Source: Phoronis australis (lineage: Eukaryota > Animalia > Phoronida). From it: a stretch of DNA of 64,000 nucleotides. A model generated the notes under the pieces. It did not search any database and was not told the origin of the DNA. It was given only the letters and a program-made list of their open reading frames with translations. This document shows, in pieces, positions 13,901 to 25,900 of this stretch. Location: NCBI GenBank assembly GCA_002633005.1, contig NMRA01000384.1:349504-413503 (forward strand). The letters run 5' to 3'. The translations under genes and the position numbers were made by a program. The stretch's first letter is position 1. Each line of letters begins with the position of its first letter.

Positions 13901-16900
13901 TTTTGACCAAGCAAATAATATTCACCGCTGCGTGTCAAGAGCGAGCCATTTGATAAGACGTTGCTTGTTGCAAACACAATGTGTTCTCAATTATTTCAAG
14001 TTTGTAAGTGATTCCTTCAGTATACCATACAGTCACACGTCTGGAAATAGTTTAGAAATTCAAAGTAATTGCATTATTGCCAATTTATATTAAAACTTCT
14101 TTAAAAGACTGGGTGACCACTTCAGTGAATACACTAATTTTCAAGTGGGTCCAGTCGGAAATAATTACATGAAGTAAAATACAGACACGTATGTACAATT
14201 AGATTGAAAAGATAATAAATAAAATAAATGAGTATACAATTAGTTAATATGCACAATTTGATAAATCAATAAGATAAAATAGAGTAAAATAGTGATGAGC
14301 TGAGGACTACAGAAACGAACCATGCACAAAGTTCCAGTAATTCAGTTAAATATCACATACTCATTTAAAAACATAACTCCAACATGAAAAAATACATAAT
14401 AACATACTGTATAATATTGTATATGAGATCGTATTCAAAGATTCAGACTTTCACCAATCCTGTAAATAATCCCTTGTAGCAGAAAGAACTACACGTTTAA
14501 GCAATAATTGATGAGTTAATATTAGCTTCACTGTTAACATGGAACGTGATTGTGTTAAATGACTCTCTAGTACTTAAACAGCACAATGCAATTAGTGAGG
14601 AGTTTTGTCACAGGTGTTAAGTTGTCGTTAAGAGACAGACGGGAAGTTTCTGGAACAAAATCTGCCGTGGGATTTATTTTAAACACTGCAAAAGAGTCGC
14701 ATCGAAAAACACGAAAAATGATTTAAAACCAGATAACAATATTTGAACAGACAAATTCCAAGAACAGTAATGTTGTACACTTGGGAAGAGATGGAGTCCA
14801 CTTGCAATACTAATGTTAGTTAGATACAGGTAAGTGCAGCTAAAGCAAAGCAGAGCAAGCCAGGGAAAAAGGGCATGAACCTAATAGAACAGGGCGTGAA
14901 CCTAAAAGAACAGGGCGTGAATCTAATAGAACAGGGCGTGAACCTAATAGAACAGGGCGTGAACCTAATAGAACAGGGCGTGAACCTAATAGAACAGGGC
15001 ATGAACCTAATAGAACAGGGCGTGAACCTAATAGAACAGGGCATGAACCTAATAAAACAGGGCGTGAACATCATAGAACAGGGAGTGAACCTCATAGAAA
15101 TTTATACTCACGAACATTTTGGACATTTATAGATTCTGAATTGGGCATCCTTATTTGAAAATCGACACCTTGTATTCCATCAGTACAAGAATGACAACTG
15201 TCATCAAAACTTGATATCACGATTTTAAATGTGTTTGTGACATCAAGGGTAAGTTGTTGGAAATTACCACATTAGCAATGACCATTAGAATGACAAAAAG
15301 TGATTAGCACGTCAGCGGTGTAACACAGTGGGGCAAGCCAAGTGCTCCGATTTTAACTAGGTGTATTTGACATTGAATAGAGGTGGATATTCATTTAACG
15401 CACAACAGCGCTGTCGGTTGGCGATTTCAGGAATTGGTGATACTAGCAGCAATATCATGGTGAGAACAAAATATTTTGTGACCCTGAATTTCAGAAATAT
15501 AAGAAAGGGAAGGCTATGTGCGGAATGCTTTATGTTATATCAAGTGAATTAAAAATAAATCAAGTTGTGTCTTTATCGGTCTTTTTACTTGTTATAAACA
15601 CTAAAATGTAAGACAAGACAAGACAAGAAGGTTAATGTTTTGCGAACCGAGTTAATACAGTTATGGCAGGCAGTGAAGGATACTTAGCAAGTTGACCACG
15701 TGCTTAATATCTAAAATCAAAATATACTAGGCCGTTAAAGATCAAATGTCCTTTAACATTAAGTTCTAATTAATTAACGAGGGTTCACAGTCACCGGTCA
15801 CCGTAGTATCAGAGGCATTGGACCAAAAATAGTTTCACTGCAAACATGTTGTATGTCAATGATCAAATTTGATGTTCTGTGCAGATTCACCACATAAATT
15901 TCCGGTTATCATGTAGAAAATTACATGGAAATTACCGGTACTAATGAATTGGAAACATGCAAATCAATGTAACGCCGTGATGTGACAAAGAACAATTAAG
16001 ACTGAGCTAGCATTTCTATTAAAACTAAATGAGTTTTTGTGCTTTGATATGTTTCACACGGTGCTCTTATTTCTATTAAGAAAGATGCTGCTGATGTTAT
16101 TGAAGTTATTTCTGTCACTGTCAACACAGATATTCATGGTGCTAGATGGCATGAGGTGTATTGACGAGTTTTTATTCGCAAACTTTCTATAATTAAAGGT
16201 ATTGCCGTAAAATCTCACAAACCTACTACTGGGAAAAAATATGGCCATTTTGCACCATAGCAACCAATTCAGACAATATTTTGAAAAAGTATGGGTAACC
16301 ATGGCAATGTTAGAAGTACTTGAAAAATCGGAATTTAAAAGCCGGGCAATTTTTGTGAGACAATGGATGTTGTCTCTCAGACCGCGATGAGATTTAAAAC
16401 ACAGCTAAGACTGATCACATATGGAGACTATTCTGCTCAACATCTCAACAAAAGACGGGTTTCAGTTTAAATGGAACCATTGCTTTCATTCCACTGTTGT
16501 CTTTGAGCACATTTATTTTTTAGCAAAATTGTTCAAAATTACAGTACAGCCGATTTTGAAACCTGGACTAAAAAATTAACGATAAATTTTGAACAAAAAA
16601 CTAGATTTTCTTCTTGGTAACAATGGCAAGAACTCAACCCTTAATAACACAGTCTAATCGCTTTATAAAGAGAATGTCAATTTGGCAAGCAACGAACGGT
16701 GAAAAGTAACTATCAAAAAACAGATAATGCGCTGTTCTGTAGAGCTTTTTTATTGACTTAAATTCTAGCCTAACAAATGCTACGCTTAAGCCACACCTTA
16801 CTTAGTGGTCACCATGGCAATTATTTTAAATGCAAAAAGTGTAAGCTACCACCACAGCCTAGCCTAACAGTGCAAATGAATGAGCTAAGCAGTTGGTACC

Positions 16901-19900
16901 TGCAACTGATGGTGAAGCAAGGCAGATTTCTCCTCAGCACGGCGCATCAACTCGGCCATCTCTTGCTTTTTCTCCGACAAAATCTTTTCAGACGCAGCCA
17001 GGTCAGCTTGCAAGTGACCCAGCATTTTGTCTCGTGACTCGAGATCGGAAGAAGCTCCGCGAATCTAAGAGCGGGTAGGAGATGCATGAGGTAGAATATG
17101 CAGTTTGTGTATTGGTGCACCCCTTGGGGATGGAGAATAGGCATTGGCACAGACCCAGAGGCAGGCTGCAAGCCCTTGGAAAGGGAAAGTTTACTGTCAG
17201 AGAGGGGAGGTTGAAGTGGAGTTTGTGCATTGGTATACCCCCACTACGTATATTCATTTGGTATTGTAGCTTTAGGTGTTTTATGTTCACTGAAAGAGTC
17301 GGTTAGTCAATAAACATAAAGTCTAAGGTCATGATGAACATTTTATTCATTAAAACATGAAAAGTTGAAAATTTTGAAGGAGTTGTTCAAATACAGGTTG
17401 GTGAGCAGTGGTTCTCTGGAATGTTTAATTTTTTATTAAAATTTTACCAGTAGTCTAAATTGTTCAGGCCTCCATCCTAACTGGTAGTGAATGAAAGCTG
17501 ATCTACAAAGTTAACGTAATATTTTTCAAGGTAGAAACGATGGAAAACATGAGACAAATACGACAACACAAACCGGTACCCTGTTGGAGCATACCGTCAG
17601 GGAAAAAAATGGAAAACACAAAATATTTGCAGACAATGTTCCAGTTATGTAAAAGTTTGGATAAGCTGTATCTCATCAGATTATGAAATTTATTTCTGGT
17701 GGTATTGTTCTCAAAATGTTCGATTTTAAAGGCGAAGGCAACCTTTTTTCATGTCATTTTGAGCTAAAATAAGGTTGGTTGGTTATCCTAGACATATTTT
17801 CCACTTAATTACAGCTTTTCGTAATTTTATTAATTACTTGTCCTCTACTCCGGAAGTGACGTTTTAGGAGGCAAGCATTTCGCGCCAATTTCTTTTCATA
17901 TAGTGTGACTGCGAGAGCTGCCGAGTCAGTCATTGTTCTACCTCAGTTGTGTTAACTTACGTCGTCGTTTGCTTTCATTTACTAGTCAGTCAACATGCCA
18001 CACTGTTGCTGCGTACCGGGATGTACTTATCGTCTCACAGGCGCTTTCCGATGGATGACACACTTCGCCGTACTTGGCTCGTTCGTGTGAAGAATGCAGC
18101 ATTACCCGTCCACGCAACGTACAAAGCAGTCGAGAATTATCGTGTGTGTGGCAAGCACTTTCTGNNNNNNNNNNNNNNNNNNNNNNNNNNNNNNNNNNNN
18201 NNNNNNNNNNNNNNNNNNNNNNNNNNNNNNNNNNNNNNNNNNNNNNNNNNNNNNNNNNNNNNNNNNNNNNNNNNNNNNNNNNNNNNNNNNNNNNNNNNNN
18301 NNNNNNNNNNNNNNNNNNNNNNNNNNNNNNNNNNNNNNNNNNNNNNNNNNNNNNNNNNNNNNNNNNNNNNNNNNNNNNNNNNNNNNNNNNNNNNNNNNNN
18401 NNNNNNNNNNNNNNNNNNNNNNNNNNNNNNNNNNNNNNNNNNNNNNNNNNNNNNNNNNNNNNNNNNNNNNNNNNNNNNNNNNNNNNNNNNNNNNACAGTG
18501 CATTTGCACCAAGATGTGTCACCACGTCTGTCCTCAGTAGCCGCCTCGTTTCTCTCAACAGCTGCCTGTGCCTGTGCATACTCTGCCTCGTTATACTCGG
18601 GCTCAAACATGTACCCACCCACTGAATGTCCGTGAAAAAATTCCTCATCACCACTGCTGTGAACAAGGTCTCCGTCACTCACACTACGATACTGTGATAC
18701 GGGTCACCGACTCCAGCCATTTTCAGCTTACAACACACTAAACAATCCCTAAATCCAACGTAGTTGAGTACTCTACTAACCTATCTTGCCACAGAATACT
18801 CGCCGATGGAAAGTGGTGGCGACAATTGTTGAAAAACAGCACAAAACAAAAGTAGAATAGAACAGATTCGCACGGTCAACGCAAAACCAAGTGGCGGGAA
18901 ACGCTTGCCTCCTAAAACGTCACTTCCGGAGTAGAGGACGAGTAATTAATAAAATTACGAAAAGCAATTAAGTGGAAAATATGTCTAGGATAAACAACCA
19001 ACCTTATTTTAGCTCAAAATGACATGAAAAAAAGTTGCCTTCGCCTTTAACAATAGGCTCAAATCATTAATTTCAAGTTAAGCTTTTCGTACAAATCAGG
19101 TTCAGGACTTTTAACCACAACAATGGAGGGCAACCAAAAAGGAGGGAAAAATTTAGAAACCACAACAAAAACTTTATGTTAGTTTTGTACAAGGAAAAGT
19201 AAGCACCGTTAACAAACAGTTTAGGTATGGATAATGTAACAAGAAACGAGGGTTCAAACCCCTTAAAAGAGCCAGAAGCACATTTAGCAAGGATTAAGAA
19301 TCATACTTAACAACAGGGGTCACTCCAAATTAATTGAGAGCACTCACTAAATAACTCACATGAGTGTAGTCAAGACTAGTCACGAGTGAAATTGGCCAGT
19401 TGTTAGAAATGAAAAACTAATATTGGGTAGATGAGAAATGGGCAGAACTTAATAAGAAAAAAGCACTAGATTGCAGCATGAATAAATTCAAATCAACCCT
19501 ACAAGGGCAGAGCCAGTGGCAATGGTGATACCTGGTAGGGTTTCCCATTAAATCTACCGTAATCGATTCATCGCCCGTAAAGATTCCTTGAATTTTTTTG
19601 ACAAACTGGATTAATTTTATTAACATTTTCTCACACTGTTCGATGTCATAAATAGATTTAGGGGTTGAAACGAAGTGAATAATAATCAGATTTCAGAAAG
19701 TCATAAACTTAATGAATTTTGTCATCGCTAAAAGGAATTCTAATTCACGTAAATTAATCTGATGCAGAATAGTATACAAAATGAACTAGAGATGATTCTT
19801 ATTAGACGCACGGTTTGACTCAGATTTTTCCAACTCAATCGCTGTTTTTATGGTGTTGTACAATCTATGACGTGGACTCAGATGTCAAAAGATTTTTTCC

Positions 19901-22900
19901 AACGACGTAACGTCAACAAAATAAAAAATAAAAATAAAAAAGGGCATATTTTACAGGTGTATGCCCATGTCTCATAACCCGGTCGCCAATAAACCATCGA
20001 GTAAGCTCTCTGACAATCTGCAGGCTACCTGGTAGGTGACCAGAGAACTATTACCTGCCCAGTTCTTCTTTTAGTCAGATTGGCTCAGCATTTTCATGTT
20101 CTACAGGAATATAATCTACAAAGTTCTTTGGTCATCTTGGACCATCTAAGGTGTGAGTAAAACTGCCGCCCAATTTCAACAGTCGTATGAATGAAATGCA
20201 CACAATAGGAGTTCGTGGTATTCGCACATCACTAGTAAAAGTCAAGATGCCAGAGAGAATCGACAAACACTACTCCTATATAATGCACGCCAAAAGTAAT
20301 CAGACAAGAGACTGTGCCCCGGTCATGACGTGCAATGGCCAATAATGGCGGGTCATTCTAGCAACTCTGATGGGGAATTCCACTGGCCATAAGCCATCTT
20401 AATGGATAGGTGGCGCTCAGCAGTCATGGCTGGGAATAACACGGGTCAGTTTCATGAAAGGGACAGAAGAATTAAGACAGAAGTTTAGTCTTACGCTCCC
20501 ATTTCACAATTGCTGTAAAAGTTTAGCCGTGTAATTACAGCAACTAGCCGGGTAATTACAGCAACTAGCCGCTATGTGCATATTTTCAGACAATGTGAAT
20601 TTTCGCTCAAACGAGATTTATTTACTTTTCAAAAAACGTTGAGTGGAGCATAAGACCACTTTAAGTCACTTTCATTGAACGGGCCCCACATAATTTTGTC
20701 TGATCATTTTTTGGAATGTACAGTACAATGGCAATATTCTACTGAAGCGAGTCATGGTAATTGATAGTTGGGAGAAACGGAAATTTAATAACTATGCCTC
20801 AAGAAACTCAATACGACTAATTCACGGTAATGAATACATTTGGGTTATCCACTATCTAAGCATAGTTGGTTTTATTTCTGTAAGCAATTTAAACAAAGGA
20901 AAAATCCAAGTCAAGTTCTGTGTTTAATGATTCGTAACAAGGGTTGTTGTCAACTGGTGGAGAAACTAAACGTGATAAACAATAATTATTATTTTTACCT
21001 GTTCTTCATACTTTTCCAACCTGGTTCTGCTTTCTGCTAGTTTTGTTTCGACCTGTTCCACTTCCTCCCGCAACACTCCCTCTTCTTCTCGAAGTGCTGA
21101 ATAGCGAGACTCAACCTCATCGAGTCTACAAGAAACAGGAATAACATTATCAAGGTCATCAAAACCACAAGCAAAGATAAAAATGCAAGTGCTCAAGGTC
21201 ATTTGGAAAAAAAGATTGTCAGTGACCTTGTGTAATCTGATCTCATGGTTTTGTCTCAAAGCAAGAGAAATGATTCTTCATACTAAACATTCAGTTGTAA
21301 GATTTCAAAAAAATGTACAATTAACGCAACTTTCCAATTGATTAGACACAGGCACTTAATTTGTACATCCTCTGGTTTCACAAAAAAATCTAGACTTCCA
21401 GTTATCTACACATCATCGACTCAATAAGTTTAATTGACAATATAGCACACTTAGCTGTTCTCTAACAATAAACAACAGAAAGAATAACGGTCTGTGTTAA
21501 CCATCTATAGTTGACTGCCGTTAAATTCAATCGTTTGTTCCTTAGCGATTGGCAAAGGGATAAGTGATTAAGATTTTTACAATGCGCTGAGGTCCATTGC
21601 GCTATAAATGAGCATGGTATGTTACATCTGGCTTTTTTCTTATTTAATTTAATTTGTAAAGAAACAAGTTTATTATGGCAATGACTACTGTCCCTGAAGC
21701 AAACTTCAACAGTGGTTACAAATCTGCACAAGTTACCCCTGAATTCAAAATAAGTTAAAGATTATGTAGGGCTTCATTGATAAGACTGCGTATTGATCCA
21801 AATGTCTATATAATATAAACATTTTATATATTTTCTAAAGGTAGGCAGATTGAAGAATTTGATATCTCACTTCGTACCAAACTGCCATTATCTGGGTCAC
21901 ATCTTTATGGTGAAGTATAGTAAACAAGAAACAAACAAAAGGTACATTTGATAGCATGACAAAAGTATCAATAATATGATCACGATAAAATCTCAAAAAC
22001 GCTGCCACGGTTCTCTAAAATGTCATTTTATCAATATGGTTTCGTTTCATGCAATTTTAGAATTTTTCATAAAAATCGAATACCCAATTTTTATTGGTCC
22101 TCGTAAAAGTGAAACGCTTCAGAAACAATACAATTTCATTTTAAATGAAAACGACGCTTATTCACACCTTACAACATTTGTTTTGGTCGTCATTCTTGTA
22201 ATTTCCCCCCCCCCTCTGCATAAGGTCATCAACTGGCTAATAGTGATCCACATATTTACACTCTAAAATTTGTCTATTTAGCGCTGAAGGGAAAGGCGAT
22301 ATTGTGTACTTATGCATACACATAATTATATAAATATACAATTCCTAACAATTTTTTTGGAGAACACCATCTGACGCTCAATATCGGAAAGCTTCATAGT
22401 TACAAATCTAATCAGTCATTTCTGAGATGCGACGTTCTGAAGTTTGGCCCTACAATACATTAGAGATGTTCAGAGGCTCTTAAGGAGTTTACTCCCTTTG
22501 AGTGATACTAACCCGAGGTGGTTCTCAAAATAATTTACCCCGTTGAGTGATCCCAACCCGAGGTCATAACATACCTCTGAGAGGATTTTTTGAGCTTGGC
22601 ATCAATCGTCCTGAACTCAGCATCTTTGGCAATTATAATCTAAAAGTAATAAGTTATAGTTAACAGAGTGTTTGCCAGTTACAATAAAAAGATACAGTAC
22701 TTTCATCTTGTGCCCATACCAAATGATCATCTCCACTCTATGTTATGGAGAAGCAAGTTAAAGAAATAACAACTATTAGACAAGCAATAATCTTAAACTG
22801 GTCTGGAAAAGAATATAGATCACAGACATTTCTAAGTATTGATCTGCACGCCACCTATTGGCCACATAGGTGGCATGCAGACCAGACTAAAAAATGTTTG

Positions 22901-25900
22901 TGATCTATTAGATATGTAAAAAAAAAACAATTAAAGCATTCGATAAATACTCTCATTTGGGTGTTGATGATAAAATGCCTCACACAAAAATGTCAACACC
23001 GACATGAGGACGTTGTTTGACATGCAACCTGAGAATATGCATTTGAGCAAGAAGGAACGTTGATGCACCAGCACCACCTAGTGAATGCAATTCCTCATCA
23101 ACCTTTTACTTCGTACCTTATTGATTTCCTTCACAGTCATCTCCATCTGGTTCCGCCTCCCTTCCAATGTCTTGACCTCTGACCTTATGGACTCCAACTC
23201 GTCTTGAGCTCGCACCAGCTGAACGCTGGCCTCCTCTACTCTTGCCTCTAGTTCCACCGAGTCCTGCACAGTGGCACTGTACTTCTGCTGGGCGTCATCG
23301 TACTTCTGCACAGTGTCCTGGGCCTAATTGGAAAATTAAGACACTAGCGAGAGACAAAATGCAACTACCACGGACGATAATACGAAAAATCCTAACGATT
23401 AATTTTGAATTTACGTAACGTGCATTCACTCACAATGTACAGAAAGAACCAGACTAGAGCGGCAGTAGCCTCCATTAACATGACTTAGTCTAATAGTTCT
23501 ATTCAAGCAGCTACCTGCCTTTCATTACACACTGTTCCTGCTGGTCTCAGATTGTTCCTTTGAGTAAAAATAGATGATTTCTGGGATTGGAAATAAGTGA
23601 CAGTTCCTTATTGATTGAGACTTAGGCTCTTGAAGCTGGCTTGTCAAGGCGTGTCTCAAGCAGTACTGGTCTGTTAGTAATATGCAAGACTACCTCGGCA
23701 GAGTAACGAACACGTGGAGACCAATTTTGTGGCCAACAGTCACTTAAGATATAAAATGAAGCGCCAACGGGTTCTTAAATGAGTACCTTTCTGCGCATAG
23801 AAATGTGTTTGATCTACTGAACACTTTTGCTTAATCTACGCATAAATTTAATCAGTTTGTATAGTCCAATCACACCTGTGATCTCAAATTAATTAAGAGC
23901 AGAACTATGATCATTTAAGAACTAAAAGTACGTGTAGAACAAGCAAAAGTATGTCTACCTTTAATCATGCGTACTTTTACACCAAGATTAGACAAAATCT
24001 GAGCATAAATTAAGCGAAAGTACCTGTAGATTAATAAGCATGAGGTACTCGTTTAAGAACCCTTTGGTGCTTTATACTTTATAAGGGGGTTCACGTTTTG
24101 AGAACCAGTTTAATGCACATTCTCCAGTAGATGAAACTGGTTCTCAAAATGCAGGGCCCCAGAAAGTGACTAATACCATAAGTCATCTACTCAAAAAAAT
24201 TCTTTTTTACCACGCAACACAGGTTTATTTCTGCTTTCACCAATCAATAAGTTCGACTTTAGTCAAAATTACAGACATTTTCCTCCAACAAATTAACACT
24301 CGACCTCAACTGACCGCTCCTACATCACTCACTCGACCTCAACTGACCGCTCCTACATCACTCACTTGTTTTCTTGCCTCGTCTAAATCTTGTTCACATT
24401 CGTGCAGTAGTTCGTCTGCCGCTCTTAACTCCGCCCGACGTTTTGCAATGGTTTCCTCCAGACAGTGTATCTCGTCTTGCAAATACTGACGACGGTCTTC
24501 GCTGATCTCTTCATCATCATCGTAATCAGAGTTTGTCGTGTCAAAGTCACGCCTTCCCTCCAAGAATTCTCTTTAAATTTGAGTACCAGTAGATATTCAA
24601 TAAATGTAATAGAACAATCACTTCCATAATCACTAATACTTCAACTGTCATGGAACATTTGAAACGTGTATAGCTGTTATTACANTATAAACATTTTATA
24701 TAATATAAACATTTTATATATTTTCTAAAGGTAGGCAGATTGAAGAACTTGATATCTCACTTCTTACCAAACTGCCATTATCTGGGTCACATCTTTATGG
24801 TGAAGTTTAGTAAACAAGAAACAAAAGTTAACAAAAGGTACATTTGATAGCATAACAGTATCAATAATATGATCAAGATAAAATCTCAAAAAAGCTGCCA
24901 CAGTTCTCTATAATGTCATTTTATCAATATGGTTTCGATTCATGCAATATTAGAATTTTTCATAAAAATCGAATACCCAATTTTTATTGGTCCTCGTCAA
25001 AGTGAAACGCTTCAGAAACAATACAATTTCATTTTAAATGGAGTACGACGTATATTCACACCTTACAACATTTGTTTTGGTCGTCATTCTTGTAATTTCC
25101 CCCCCCTCTGCATAGGGTCATCAACTGGCTAATAGTGATCCACATATTTTAGCACTGAAGAGAAAGGCGATATTGAGTACTTATCCATATAAATATATAA
25201 TTCCTAACAATTTTTTTGGAGAACACCATCTGACGCTCAATATCTGAAAGCTTCATAGTTATGAATCTAATCAGTCATTTCTGAGATGCGACGTTCTGAA
25301 GTTTGGCCCTACAATACATTAGAGATGTTCAGTGGCTCTTAATGAGTTTACTCCCTTTGAGTGATAGTAACCCGAGGTAGTTCTCAAAATAATTTACCCC
25401 GCTGAGTGATCCCAACCCGAGGTCATAACATACCTATGAGAGGATTTTTTGAGCTTGGCATCAATCGTCCTGAACTCAGCATCTTTGGCAATTATAATCT
25501 AAAAGTAATAAGTTATAATTAACAGAGTGTTTGCCAGTTACAATAAAAAGATACAGTACTTTCTTCTTGTGCACATACCAAATGATCATCTCCACTCTAT
25601 GTTATGGAGAAGCAAGCTAAAGAAATAACAACTATTAGACAAGCAATAATCTTAAAGTGGTGTGGAAAAGAATATAGATCACAGACATTTCTAAGTATTG
25701 ATCTGCACGCCACCTATTGGCCACATAGGTGGCATGCAGACCAGACTAAAAAATGTTTGTGATCTATTAGATAGGAAAAAACAATTAAAGCATTCAATAA
25801 ATACTCTCATTTAGGTGTTAAAATGCCTCACACAAAAATGTTAACACCGGCATGAGGACGTTGGTAAGGCATGTTTGGCATGCAACCTGAGAATATGCAT

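Larger units (their letters stand above)
17730..19046 (+). mobile_element. Kolobok-type DNA transposon, internally deleted or degenerate
   Basis: ~160-bp TIRs (AGGCGAAGGCAAC...GTTGCCTTCGCCT); TTAA on both flanks (17726-29, 19047-50); convergent THAP and KolX-like ORFs; N gap 18165-18494. Confidence 0.85.

Noticed and set aside
14820-15132. Heptad-repeat ORFs (NLIEQGV)n and (SIRFTPC)n
   Set aside because: A 21-bp repeat that lacks stops in those frames; no supporting splice context.
16255-16825. Intronic X-box-like CCATGGCAA / CCATAGCAAC motifs
   Set aside because: Imperfect, about 40 kb from the promoter, and similar to motifs common in invertebrate repeats.
17949-18682. Long ORFs read through the N gap
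   Set aside because: Their length is an artefact of Ns; only the flanking THAP and KolX-like segments are interpretable. The same applies to 30124-30792.
20054-20100. Possible extra CNTRL exon with AG/GT borders
   Set aside because: Stop codons in all three frames.
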